A stretch of 64,000 bases of DNA from Bdellovibrionales bacterium (GTDB lineage: Bacteria > Bdellovibrionota > Bdellovibrionia > Bdellovibrionales > UBA1609). The stretch lies in the NCBI GenBank assembly GCA_965200875.1, contig OZ241456.1, forward strand, positions 704,001 through 768,000, in the 5' to 3' direction. Below the pieces are notes generated by a model. That model had not been told where the DNA came from. It made no database searches and was given only the letters and a program-made list of their open reading frames with translations. Position 1 is the stretch's first letter; every line of letters starts with the position of its first letter. This document shows, piece after piece, positions 1-9,999 of the stretch. Made by a program: the position numbers and the translations under genes.

Positions 1-251
1 CGGATTTGTCATTTGTGCATTTTTTTATGTGGCATTTTAGAAGGACGGATTTGAGTATGGCGAATTTGAGTAATGCGGATTTGACTGGGGCGAATTTGAG
101 TAATGCGGATTTGTATGAGGCGAATTTGTATGGGGCGAATTTGCATAAGGCGGATTTGTCCGGCGCGGATTTGAGCTATACGAAAATTGATCCGGAATGG
201 GCTTTTTATTTAACTTCACAAGGTATATATGGATTTCTTATTGTAAGATAA
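1..251 (+). CDS. Pentapeptide-repeat protein, 5'-truncated by the window edge (secreted paralogue family)
   Basis: A(D/N)Lxx repeats and the family C-cap KIDPEWAFYLTSQGIYGFLIV; frame open from the window start. Confidence 0.85.
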   Translation, partial: DLSFVHFFMWHFRRTDLSMANLSNADLTGANLSNADLYEANLYGANLHKADLSGADLSYTKIDPEWAFYLTSQGIYGFLIVR

Positions 252-310
252 TAAAGACTATTCATAATATTTCCTATTATTGAGAGAAAACCTGTTACAT
301 TAGTTAAAAA

Positions 311-347
311 AAAGCCTGTCTATCTCAGACGGGCTTTTTCGTTTTTA
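311..347 (+). terminator. Repeated terminator-like hairpin (AAAAGCCTGTC...GACGGGCTTTTTCGTTTTT)
   Basis: Stem-loop plus T-tract; related copies at ~1227-1266, ~2576-2612 and ~57236-57268, each after a family gene. Confidence 0.6.
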
Positions 348-480
348 GGAAAATAGAGGCATTTTTGGGCAGTTATTCTCCGGGGGAAACCGTGACCCAC
401 CCTCCGCGATGTATGATGCCCCCCTTTTCTTTATGATTCCCTTTTAAACTGACGATAGGTAAGTAAAAAAGGAGTATTTT

Positions 481-1191
481 ATGAAAGCTATAATTGTTTT
501 ATTGTTTTTGAGCTTATGTTTTTTAGGTTGTAAAAAGAAAGATAGTGGTTCAAGTGGTTCAACCACCGCAGGTACTGACGCGGGCGCAGGAGCAACCACC
601 GCCGGTGCTGAAGCTGGAGCAGGAGCAACCACCGCGGGAGCAACCACCGCCGGTGCAGGTGTTAACCCTAACACTGATTCAAGTCCAAATCCACAACCTG
701 GCACATTTGTAGAGGTCTGCGATAGGACAAAAATAGTTAAAGATAAAATACTAATAACTGCTGATAAGCCTGATTGTGAATCTGTTACAAAAGATGACTT
801 AAAAAAAATAACTAGATTAGACCTTCACAAAGTGAATATAGTCACATTAAAGCTAGGAGACTTTAGTGGTCTGACTTTTTTAGAAAACCTTTATTTAGGT
901 GAAAATCAATTAATTTCCTTACCTGAAGGTGTTTTTGACGGACTGACTTCTTTAAAAAGCCTTCATTTATGGGGGAATAGATTAAACAGCTTACCAAAAG
1001 GTGTTTTTAAAGACCTGACTGCTTTGCAGTATATGGCTTTATATGAAAATCAATTAACTTCCTTACCTGAAGGTGTTTTTGATGGACTGACTTCTTTATC
1101 GAGACTTATTCTAGGAAGTAATCAGTTCCCCGATGAGGAGGTAGCTCGTATTAAAGCTGAGTATGATAATATTCCTTATCTAATCTTTTGA
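481..1191 (+). CDS. Leucine-rich-repeat lipoprotein with Gly/Ala/Thr-rich linker
   Basis: Lipobox-like FLGC; GATTAGA repeats; 24-aa LRRs LxLxxNQLxSLPEGVFDGLTSL. Confidence 0.85.
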   Translation: MKAIIVLLFLSLCFLGCKKKDSGSSGSTTAGTDAGAGATTAGAEAGAGATTAGATTAGAGVNPNTDSSPNPQPGTFVEVCDRTKIVKDKILITADKPDCESVTKDDLKKITRLDLHKVNIVTLKLGDFSGLTFLENLYLGENQLISLPEGVFDGLTSLKSLHLWGNRLNSLPKGVFKDLTALQYMALYENQLTSLPEGVFDGLTSLSRLILGSNQFPDEEVARIKAEYDNIPYLIF

Positions 1192-1280
1192 TTAACTTGT
1201 TTGATTCTCATAATTCCTGTTGTTGTGAAAAGCCTGGCCCATATCCTGTCGGGCTTTTTCGTTTTTAGGAAATAGAGGTG

Positions 1281-1386
1281 TTATAATTCCCTTTATATTT
1301 TCGTGTAAAGATTACACAGGGTTATTTTTTATTTAGTATTTTTCATAAAACTATGTATATTATTCAGCGAAACAAAAAAAGGAGGT
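1281..1386 (+). promoter_or_regulatory. ~105-bp upstream module duplicated at 54933-55037; contains palindrome GTGTAA-AGA-TTACAC and GGAGG RBS
   Basis: Identical to 54933-55037 except one A in a poly-A run; degenerate copy at ~23525-23590; each precedes a pentapeptide gene. Confidence 0.75.
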
Positions 1387-1391
1387 CACTA

Positions 1392-1868
1392 ATGAAATTA
1401 ATAATTACTTTACTATTTTTAAGCTTAGGAGCTTTGAGCTATGGCCAGAATGAGGCTGAATGTAATATTGATAATTATAAAGACTATATCTATACGCCCG
1501 GAAATCATCAGTGCGATTTGGAAGGGGCATTTTTGTTCAGAATGAATTTGAGAGGGGCAAATTTGTACAATGCGTATTTGCAAAGAGTGAATTTGTACAG
1601 AGCGAATTTGAGTAATGCGGATTTGCGTATTGCAAATTTGAGTAATGCGGGTTTGTGGGCGACGGATTTGACTGGGGCGGATTTTACCGGGGCGAATTTG
1701 TATGGGGCGAATTTGCGTAGTGCGAATTTGCGTAATGCGATTTTTACTGGGGCGAATTTGAGCAATGCGAATTTTACCAATGCGAAGGTTGATCCGGATT
1801 TGGGTGCTTATTTAACCTCACAAGGTATAAGTGGGTTTGTTGTTGTTGAAAATGAAGGAGATAAATAA
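1392..1868 (+). CDS. Secreted pentapeptide-repeat protein
   Basis: ATG 1392 after GGAGG; signal peptide, Cys-containing N-cap, ANL repeats, C-cap [14 protein letters not shown]. Confidence 0.9.
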   Translation: MKLIITLLFLSLGALSYGQNEAECNIDNYKDYIYTPGNHQCDLEGAFLFRMNLRGANLYNAYLQRVNLYRANLSNADLRIANLSNAGLWATDLTGADFTGANLYGANLRSANLRNAIFTGANLSNANFTNAKVDPDLGAYLTSQGISGFVVVENEGDK

Positions 1869-2503
1869 TGAGATTGATAATTACTTTACTGTTTTTAAGC
1901 ATAGGAGCTTTGAGCTATGGCCAGAATGAGGCTGAGACTACCTGTAATATTGATAATTATCGAGACTATATCTATACGCCCGGAGTGCATAATTGTCATT
2001 TGGGCATGGCGAATTTAACCTGGGAGGATTTTTTTCAGGCGAATTTACGAGGGGCGTATTTGTTTCATGCTTATTTGAGAGCGGCGAATTTTACCGGCGC
2101 GGATTTGAGAGAGGCAAATTTTATCGTTGCGGATTTGATCGATGTGAATTTTACCGGCGCGGATTTGAGAGGCACGAAGTTGAAATGGGCGAATTTATAT
2201 ATGGCTGATTTAGAGAAGGCGAATTTGAGCGGAGCTAATTTGTACAATGCGAATTTGTATAAGGCGTATTTGCGAGAGGCGAATTTGGACGGGGCGGATT
2301 TGAGAGGTGCGAATTTTGGTAGGGCAAATTTAAGTATGGCTGATTTTGCTAAAGCGGATTTGAGAGGGGCGAATTTGACCTATGCTGATTTGACTAAGGT
2401 GAATATGACCGATGCGAAAGTTGATCCTATCATGGCAACTTATTTAACCTCACAAGGTATAAGTGGTTTTGTTGTTGTTGAAAATGAGGAAAAAGAAGAA
2501 TAA
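1868..2503 (+). CDS. Secreted pentapeptide-repeat protein
   Basis: Same caps as the previous gene; TAATG stop/start overlap. Confidence 0.9.
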   Translation: MRLIITLLFLSIGALSYGQNEAETTCNIDNYRDYIYTPGVHNCHLGMANLTWEDFFQANLRGAYLFHAYLRAANFTGADLREANFIVADLIDVNFTGADLRGTKLKWANLYMADLEKANLSGANLYNANLYKAYLREANLDGADLRGANFGRANLSMADFAKADLRGANLTYADLTKVNMTDAKVDPIMATYLTSQGISGFVVVENEEKEE

Positions 2504-2896
2504 ACATTTTTTACTGCTTATCAGGCAGTAGAATTTCTACTATTGTAGATTTTCATATAATCTCTTTTTGTTGCGAAAAGCCTGTCTATCTCAGACGGTT
2601 TTTTTCGTTTTTAGGAAAGGGAATCATAAGCAACCGGGGTCGGTTGTATATCGCGAAAGGGGGGTGCACATTTTCCCCCCAGCCCAAAACTGGCTTCATG
2701 TTGTTTTACAGGATCAGAATGATTTTTTTGAATGAATATCAAAAACTTGTTTTAAGTAAACTAAACTCCGAAGTTTCTCAGGAATTAAAAGAAGCTTTTA
2801 TTGTTTTAAGAAAAGTCTGTGAACAGGACTAAGCATATACAACAAAATTCGTTGTCCAAGAAAATGGTCTTGGGTAAGGCTTTGAAAGGGTAGGAG

Positions 2897-2971
2897 ATAG
2901 TGTAAAGTGTGTACTTTTTTACAATAGTGTAAAGTGTGTACTTTTTTTACAATAGTGTAAAGTTTTCACTA
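2897..2971. repeat. Tandem 27-28 bp repeat ATAGTGTAAAGTGTGTACTTTTTTACA, ~2.5 copies
   Basis: Read directly; each unit is partly palindromic. Confidence 0.8.
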
Positions 2972-3024
2972 TCTTTAAAAAATTATTGCAAACACATTTA
3001 AAGTTCTTTATTTATAAGCTTGCA

Positions 3025-3076
3025 CAGTAAGATTCCTGTTTTCAAGGGACTGAAAAAACAACAACTTGGCTTTTCA
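3025..3076 (+). repeat. Partial copy of repeat family B (REP-like ATTCC...GGGA hairpin plus TGAAAA...TTTTCA hairpin)
   Basis: Similar to 62664-62710 and 48302-48326. Confidence 0.55.
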
Positions 3077-3110
3077 TCTGGAATTTTAACAAAAAAATCA
3101 GGAGGATTGT

Positions 3111-4016
3111 ATGAAAAAATTAATGTATTATTTGATGGTGGTTTTTGTTCCGCTGTTACCACTTTCGGGTTATGCCCATGTACCTACAAAGCCAAGTGAT
3201 CATACGGATAGCCACATTTCACCACTTTCAGGTTATGCCCATGTACCTACAAAGCCAAGTGATCATACGGATAGCCACAAGATAAATAATTTTTCTCTTG
3301 GTCCTCAGGAGATTTTGGCAATGGAAGAGCAAGCCTCTCAGATAAAAGTCGGTCTTGAGCATTTAGGTGCAGGTGACATTCAGAGGATGTTTATTCTCCC
3401 CACAAAAGAGAGTGTGCCATCAGAATCATCTGAAAGTGAGGGGATGGTTCGTGTGGCTTTTTTGGATACATCGAAGAAATGTTTTGTGTATGACAGCATG
3501 ACCAAAGAGATGGTTCTTTGTGATGAGGAAGATACAGTTTTGGTGAGGGATTCAGAAGAGGTTTTAGCGAGTTCTCTTTCTTCGTATGCTCCTGTTGATT
3601 CTTCTTTTATTCCAAGGGGATATTTACAAACGGCTGGCTTGGGAGATTTTATATGTGCTTATGAAACCGAGATAAAAATAGGAGTAACAGCAGGGGTAGT
3701 AGGAGCAATAATAGGAGGATTAATAGGAGCAACAGGACCAATGTTGATAGGAATGGCAGGAGCATTAGGAATAGCAGGAATGATAATAATACCAGAAGAA
3801 GAAATAGGAAAATCGTTAGTAACATTAATAGCAACATCATTAGCAACAGCAGGAGTAGCAGTAGGAGCAGGAGTATTAGCACAAGGATCAGTATTGGCAA
3901 AAGGAGTATTAGTAACAGCATCAACGGCAACATCAATAGGGGTAGCGACAGGAGTAATGATATGGGTGAACTCACACCTCATGTATTCTATGTTTTGTTC
4001 CGAAGAGAAAGGTTAA
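3111..4016 (+). CDS. Exported hypothetical protein with C-terminal Gly/Ala-rich hydrophobic (glycine-zipper-like) helices
   Basis: GGAGG RBS; signal peptide; 63-bp internal duplication; GxxxG-rich hydrophobic tail. Confidence 0.7.
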   Translation: MKKLMYYLMVVFVPLLPLSGYAHVPTKPSDHTDSHISPLSGYAHVPTKPSDHTDSHKINNFSLGPQEILAMEEQASQIKVGLEHLGAGDIQRMFILPTKESVPSESSESEGMVRVAFLDTSKKCFVYDSMTKEMVLCDEEDTVLVRDSEEVLASSLSSYAPVDSSFIPRGYLQTAGLGDFICAYETEIKIGVTAGVVGAIIGGLIGATGPMLIGMAGALGIAGMIIIPEEEIGKSLVTLIATSLATAGVAVGAGVLAQGSVLAKGVLVTASTATSIGVATGVMIWVNSHLMYSMFCSEEKG

Positions 4017-4064
4017 TTTAATCAATGTATGTGACAATGTTCTAAAAATTGGTTAAAAAAAAGT

Positions 4065-4850
4065 ATGGGGAAACAGTGGAAAACAGCCGGAAAAGAAGTT
4101 CAAGCCAGTAAGAAAGGGGCTTTATTTACAAAGCTTTCCAGGGAAATTCAGGTAGCGGTTCGATTGGCAGGTCCTCACCCTGAAAATAATTCCCGTCTGA
4201 AATTGGCTTTGGAAATGGCTCGCTCTCATTCTTTGCCAAAGGAAACAATAAAAAGAGCTATCAGTAAAGGTTCAGGACAAAAATCAGACAATCAAATTGA
4301 GGAAGTGATTTATGAGGGTTTTGGCCCTCATGGAGTGGCGATGATTGTAATCTGTTTGACAGATAACAAAATTCGCACTGTTTCGGAGATTCGCTATTTA
4401 TTTAAAAAGCAACAGGGAAGTATGGAAGAAAGTGGTTCGGTTATGTGGATGTTTGATAAAGTGGCTTTGGTTCGGGCCCGCAAAAAGAAAAAAAACTTTT
4501 CTCAAGAAGAAAAAGATAAGAAATTATCTCCCACTGCCCTTTCGTTTCATTTAAATAATAAGAAGGAGCAGGTGAGTGTGGAAGAGGAGGCTATTTTAGC
4601 GGGTGCAGAGGATATGGAGCAGGAAGGTGATATATATATTTTTTACGGGAAACAGGAAGAGTTGAGCACTTTGCGGAAAAATCTGATAAAACAAGAATGG
4701 GAAATCATAAAAGCCGAACAAGCCTACAAGGCTAAAGCCCAAATAACTTTACACGAGGAGCAAAGGCAGGATTTACAGGATTTATTAAAAGCTTTTAATG
4801 AAAACCCTGATTGTAAAGCGGTTTATACCAATTTAAATAGTGGCCGGTGA
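4065..4850 (+). CDS. yebC: YebC/PmpR-family protein
   Basis: Motifs KGALFTKLSREI, NSRLKLA, YEGFGPHGVA, TDNKIRT. Confidence 0.9.
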   Translation: MGKQWKTAGKEVQASKKGALFTKLSREIQVAVRLAGPHPENNSRLKLALEMARSHSLPKETIKRAISKGSGQKSDNQIEEVIYEGFGPHGVAMIVICLTDNKIRTVSEIRYLFKKQQGSMEESGSVMWMFDKVALVRARKKKKNFSQEEKDKKLSPTALSFHLNNKKEQVSVEEEAILAGAEDMEQEGDIYIFYGKQEELSTLRKNLIKQEWEIIKAEQAYKAKAQITLHEEQRQDLQDLLKAFNENPDCKAVYTNLNSGR

Positions 4851-4981
4851 AAACCCAGATTTGGCTATATTATTTCCGCCTCTCCCTTTTTTTATATGTG
4901 AATACTGGAAAACTCAATCCGGTTGGGTATAATGATGAATCGTGAAGTATGAAATTCTGAAAAATTTAAACAGGAATTAAA

Positions 4982-7900
4982 ATGAAAAAAAAGAAAATAG
5001 TGGACGAAATTTATTACCAAAACAAGTGGAATATGGAAAAGACATATTCTTATAATCTGTCTGAAAAAAAAGAAAATCCTTTTATCATTGATACTCCTCC
5101 TCCTACTATCTCCGGTTCTTTACATATTGGCCATGTATTTAGTTACACTCAAACAGATATTCTGGCGCGATTTCAACGGATGAATGGCAAAAATGTGTTT
5201 TATCCTATGGGTTGGGATAACAACGGCTTGCCCACAGAAAGAAGGGTGCAAAATCTTTATAAAATCACTTGTGATCCTTTTCTTTCCAAAACAAATGATC
5301 CAAATTTTGAAGAAATTTTAAGTCGATCCCATATAGTAGCTGATAAACCTTCCAAACATAAATATATGAGAGAAGACAAGCAAACATCAGGCAATTTTGG
5401 CCAGCGGATTGCAAGGCAAAAGCAAAAAAAGAAGATATCTCACTTTAAACCGGTTTCCAGAGAGGCTTTTATTCGTGTTTGTTCCCGGCAAACAAAGCAG
5501 GATCAAAAACGATATGAAGCACTTTGGCGAAAACTGGCTTTGTCTGTAGATTGGAGTCAGACTTATGAAACTATCGATTCTAAAGCTCAATTTATTTCCC
5601 AAAGATCTTTCTTGGATTTATATCAAAAAGGTTTTGTGGAAAATCGTTATACTCCTGTGTTTTGGGACACTCAATTTCAAACTGCTGTGGCTCAAGCGGA
5701 TATGGAAGATCGACAGAAAACTGGATTTTACCATGATATAAAATTTAAAATGCGGGATGAGGAGGAGGAGTTTGTGATTTCCACCACCCGACCTGAGCTT
5801 TTGCCGTCTTGTGTAGCGGTGACAGCTCATCCTGAAGATGAACGCTATAAAAGATTTTTCCATAAACAAGCTGTAACTCCTTTGTTTTCCTCAGTCGTAC
5901 CGGTTTTGCCGTCTCTTCACGCGGATCCGGAAAAAGGAACAGGTATTTTGATGGTGTGTACTTTTGGAGATATGGATGATGTGTTGTTTTGGGAAAAACA
6001 CAAGCTGGTGCTTAAGCAGATTATTGGTTCGGATGGTTTTTTGAAGGATATTCATTTTCGTGTTGGAGCTTTTGGAAAAAAAACATCAAATCAAACTTCT
6101 GTTAAAATAAATGAGCATTCAGATGAATCCAGAGCTTTTGAAAATGTGTCCTTGGATTTTACTTTACAGGCAAACAAAGGTTCAAGTGGAGAAACACTTT
6201 TAAGTCTCTATCCTGAACAAGCTCATAAATATTACAGAGAATTAAAAGGTCTTCGTGTGCAACAAGCCCGGAAAAAAATTGTAGAGATACTGAAGGAAAC
6301 AAAATACTTGATGTCGGAACCAAAGCCTACAGAGCAATTTGTGAAATTTTATGAAAAAGGAGATTTTCCCTTGGAGCTAATACCTACCCGCCAGTGGTAT
6401 ATAAAAATATTGGATTATAAAAAAGAGTTGTTGGAACAGGGGAGAAAAGTATCTTGGCATCCTGCTTCCATGTTGAAGAGATACGAACAATGGGTGGAGG
6501 GTTTGAATCAGGATTGGTGTATTTCCAGACAAAGGTTTTTTGGTGTGCCTTTTCCAGTTTGGTATTCTTTGGATAAAAACAAATTGCCGGATTATAATAA
6601 CCCTATTTTACCTTCAGTAAAGTTATTGGATAGCTTAATAAGTCGTACTGGAGGAGGTTCATCATTGAGTATAGACCCTGTGTCCTCCGCACCAGCAGAT
6701 TGGAATCCTGAGTGGGCACATTACACAGAGGATCAAAGAGGGCAGGTGGAAGGGTTTATCGCGGAGACGGCTGTGATGGATACATGGGCCACCTCTTCTC
6801 TTACGCCTCAAATTAACAGTCAATGGGGAATTAATAAAGAAAGACATAAAAAACTTTTTCCCGCTGATTTGCGTCCGCAGGCACATGAGATTATCCGTAC
6901 TTGGGCTTTTTACACAATCGTGAAATCTTTTTTTCACGATTCTTCTGGCAAGATATCTGGGAATATATCAGAGGCAAGTGTACTTCGGACAAAGGTTGCA
7001 AATATCCCTTGGAAGAACATTGCTGTCAGTGGGTGGGTTATGGATCCGGAAAGATTAAAAATAAGCAAATCAAAAAAAAGAAAAGATATGCTTTCCCCTG
7101 AGGAGTTGATAGAGGAATACTCTGCGGATGCTCTTCGTTATTGGGCGGGAAGAGCGCGATTGGGTATGGATACTGTTTTTGATGAGAATATGTTTAAAAC
7201 TGGAAAAAAACTAATAGTAAAACTAAACAATGCTTTTAAATTTGTTCAGATTCAAATAAAAGGCCGTGATGATTTTTTCGCGAAAAATTCTTTTGAACCC
7301 TTTGAAGCTTTATCTATATTTTTTTCTGCAAATACTTTTCCTGGGTTTGAAAAATCTTTATCTGGTGTATCTCATCCAGTGGATCAGGCCTGGCTTATTT
7401 ACCTATTGGACACTCACTGTAAAGCCACTGTTTTCTTAAAAGAGTTTCATTATTCCAAAGCTCTGGACATCATTGAAAAAAGCTTTTGGCTTTTTTGCGA
7501 CAATTATCTGGAACTGGTGAAGGGCAGAGCTTATAGGTTTGCACACTTATTGAATTTTGACTTAAAAGCAGATGCACCAAGAGAGGGAATAAGAAAATCA
7601 GATCAAACCAATTTGCTGAAAAATACTTACCGGGCCAACTCGGCAGTTTGTGCTTTGGATATCAGTATGTATTTGTTTGTTAAAATGTTTGCGCCATATA
7701 TGCCTTATATAACAGAGCATATATGGTCTCAAAGATACGCGAAAAAAAGTGATAATCAATTTCCATCGGAAAATAAAGTAAGTAAGATTGAAGACAGTCA
7801 GGCTTTCGAATCATCTGTCTTTCAGAAAAAACAAGGTGATAGGGTTTCCTCCGTACATCTGTCTTCTTGGGGGGATATGGGATTAATGATTCAGATTTTG

Positions 7901-8371
7901 CAAAAAGAGTTTGAAAACTCCATACAAGCTGTAAGCCAGCAGAAGGAGGAAAAAGAGCTTAAAAAGTTGTCATTAACCGGAAACAATTTGAAAAAGAGTG
8001 CTTTCAAAAAAACAACATTGTCAGCCAGTAAACCAGAAACGGAAACTTCTCTTGAGAGTGATATAAAAAAAACCATTAACTCAATCCAGTTGTTGTTTTT
8101 TTGTTTTGATTTGCTCGAACAAATCAGAAATAGCAAATCAGCACTAAACAAAAGCCTTTCCACTCCAGTAAAACAACTTAAAATCAAAATGCGAGAGGCA
8201 GACAAAATCCTGTTTAATGTGTGTAAAGAGGATATTGCTTATAGTTCTCATGCTCGGCCAGAAAATATTTTTACAGAAAGCACGGCAGGCCCGGGAGATC
8301 CGGCAGGCCCGGGAGATCCGGGAGACCCGGCAGATACAGCCCTAAAAGTGTTTGTTACTTTAGAAGAATGA
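4982..8371 (+). CDS. valS: Valine--tRNA ligase with several insertions
   Basis: [59 protein letters not shown] (KMSKS-like). Confidence 0.93.
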   Translation: MKKKKIVDEIYYQNKWNMEKTYSYNLSEKKENPFIIDTPPPTISGSLHIGHVFSYTQTDILARFQRMNGKNVFYPMGWDNNGLPTERRVQNLYKITCDPFLSKTNDPNFEEILSRSHIVADKPSKHKYMREDKQTSGNFGQRIARQKQKKKISHFKPVSREAFIRVCSRQTKQDQKRYEALWRKLALSVDWSQTYETIDSKAQFISQRSFLDLYQKGFVENRYTPVFWDTQFQTAVAQADMEDRQKTGFYHDIKFKMRDEEEEFVISTTRPELLPSCVAVTAHPEDERYKRFFHKQAVTPLFSSVVPVLPSLHADPEKGTGILMVCTFGDMDDVLFWEKHKLVLKQIIGSDGFLKDIHFRVGAFGKKTSNQTSVKINEHSDESRAFENVSLDFTLQANKGSSGETLLSLYPEQAHKYYRELKGLRVQQARKKIVEILKETKYLMSEPKPTEQFVKFYEKGDFPLELIPTRQWYIKILDYKKELLEQGRKVSWHPASMLKRYEQWVEGLNQDWCISRQRFFGVPFPVWYSLDKNKLPDYNNPILPSVKLLDSLISRTGGGSSLSIDPVSSAPADWNPEWAHYTEDQRGQVEGFIAETAVMDTWATSSLTPQINSQWGINKERHKKLFPADLRPQAHEIIRTWAFYTIVKSFFHDSSGKISGNISEASVLRTKVANIPWKNIAVSGWVMDPERLKISKSKKRKDMLSPEELIEEYSADALRYWAGRARLGMDTVFDENMFKTGKKLIVKLNNAFKFVQIQIKGRDDFFAKNSFEPFEALSIFFSANTFPGFEKSLSGVSHPVDQAWLIYLLDTHCKATVFLKEFHYSKALDIIEKSFWLFCDNYLELVKGRAYRFAHLLNFDLKADAPREGIRKSDQTNLLKNTYRANSAVCALDISMYLFVKMFAPYMPYITEHIWSQRYAKKSDNQFPSENKVSKIEDSQAFESSVFQKKQGDRVSSVHLSSWGDMGLMIQILQKEFENSIQAVSQQKEEKELKKLSLTGNNLKKSAFKKTTLSASKPETETSLESDIKKTINSIQLLFFCFDLLEQIRNSKSALNKSLSTPVKQLKIKMREADKILFNVCKEDIAYSSHARPENIFTESTAGPGDPAGPGDPGDPADTALKVFVTLEE

Positions 8372-8392
8372 CTGAGGTTTCAGACGACATAA

Positions 8393-8663
8393 TCGGTCCT
8401 GAATAAATAATAAAGCGTTGTTATCACTTGATTTTTTTTATAAAAGTTTCGGGAAAAAATTGCAAGGTTTTACAATACAACCTTTGTTTTCTTGCAAAAA
8501 GTATCAGTGAAAAAGATCTTACCGATACTTGACCTTGAGGCGAGTTCGGCTTTGAGCACACCGCGGCTGAAAAGACGCGTGTGTGGCAAAACGCATGTTT
8601 GAGACCGAGCGGTGAAGTATTGGTAAGAGCATACTCTCACTAAACAGACTTATTCAGACCCGA
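8393..8663 (+). mobile_element. MITE-like element, family A copy 1, with structured core at 8517-8628
   Basis: Imperfect 14-bp TIR TCGGTCCTGAATAA / TTATTCAGACCCGA; flanking direct repeat CGACATAA (8385-8392, 8664-8671); near-identical inverted copy at 18479-18710. Confidence 0.7.
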
Positions 8664-9019
8664 CGACATAAATTGACAAAAGAAAATAAATAGAGGCGTT
8701 TTTGAGACAAGCGGGTAAACAACTCGATAAATCCAGCTCGCGGGCCTCAATATTCCTCGGAAAAGGGAGTTTTTTACCCGGAATGCTTGCTAGAAGCTTT
8801 TTAAAATGCTGGTTTTTAGGCATAAAAAAAATAAATAATCCTAAAGTCTGTAAAAAAGTGACCGATAAGCTAGGCTTTGCAAGTTCATCAGGACTCATTC
8901 TGTGCCCGGAAGGCCAAAGAGAGCACGCGTGTGCTTAAGGCACTGGACAAGATTGTGGATAGCCTGACAGACTTATTCAAAAACCTTAATCAAACAAAGA
9001 TAAAGAAAGGAAGTGTATT

Positions 9020-9226
9020 ATGGATAATCAAGTACTAATAGGTGTTTTAGAAGATATAAAAAAAGAGCTAAAAGCCATTGTGAATTTGAAAATGCGCGAG
9101 TTACAGCATAAATATACTTTAGATATTACAGCGGAGAAACCTAAAATTAAAGCTCAAGAAAAATATATCCGGGCCAATAGCTATGCAGATCACCTTAAAC
9201 AAATTGCTTACCCAGAAAGTCAGTAA
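9020..9226 (+). CDS. Small hypothetical protein
   Basis: ORF with AAGGAAG RBS. Confidence 0.5.
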   Translation: MDNQVLIGVLEDIKKELKAIVNLKMRELQHKYTLDITAEKPKIKAQEKYIRANSYADHLKQIAYPESQ

Positions 9227-9238
9227 GGGAGTGAATTT

Positions 9239-9514
9239 ATGAAATATGGGTTTTTCTTATTTATTTTTATATTTTCATTATCTGCGCAATCTTACTATCC
9301 TGGTTATAATAGTATTCAAGACAATTTAGATGATATAAAAAGAAAAAAAAGGTGTTTAGAAAGACAAAACAGCGAGCAAAGGGAATATATAGATTGTTTG
9401 GAAAGGTGCAGACAGCAAGAACGAGTGAATAGGCAAATAGATTCATTGACAGGTTTCAATAGTTTTTCACCATTCTGTTTTTGTTCACAGCCTATTTCCT
9501 TAGGTTGTTATTAA
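9239..9514 (+). CDS. Small secreted Cys-containing hypothetical protein
   Basis: GGGGAG RBS; signal-like N-terminus; 6 Cys. Confidence 0.55.
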   Translation: MKYGFFLFIFIFSLSAQSYYPGYNSIQDNLDDIKRKKRCLERQNSEQREYIDCLERCRQQERVNRQIDSLTGFNSFSPFCFCSQPISLGCY

Positions 9515-9783
9515 GCATTGCTATTCAGTGTAAAAAACGGGTTTTTAGCCTTTTTCTTTTTTAAGGCCAGTCGCCTAGATTCCGATAAGTGAAAAGAAGT
9601 AAGCGATCAATAAAGAATAAAAACCGAAAAAAAATAACCTATGGCGGGGTAATAATTACATATCAGGGAGTAAGTCCTAACACTATACATTATATTTTTT
9701 TGATATTAATATTAAACTGGTATATAAATACCATAACTGGTATAAATACCATAATAAAAAGCAACACAATAAGGGGTGTGGTT

Positions 9784-9999
9784 ATGGAGGAGCGTAATAA
9801 ACAATTAACAAAGGTAGAGCAAGCACTAATAATCTTAAAAGAAAAAGAAAATGATGAAGATACACAGCTCTATAATCTAAAACTTCAAAACTTAATGCTT
9901 TTAAAAAAGTTTTTTAGTCGGGGATATCGTGAGAACAAAAAGAATAAAAATACTATCCGCAAAAAAGCGGAAAGAGATAATTTTAACAAAGCTAGATAA
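9784..9999 (+). CDS. Small helical hypothetical protein
   Basis: ATG 9784 after AGGGG. Confidence 0.4.
   Translation: MEERNKQLTKVEQALIILKEKENDEDTQLYNLKLQNLMLLKKFFSRGYRENKKNKNTIRKKAERDNFNKAR

Noticed and set aside
2501..2560. Integron attC sites after pentapeptide genes
   Set aside because: No convincing RYYYAAC...GTTRRRY box pairing and no integron integrase in the window
3649..3982. Poly-Leu and Pro/Ala/Thr ORFs on the minus strand
   Set aside because: Shadows of the biased codon block in the plus-strand gene
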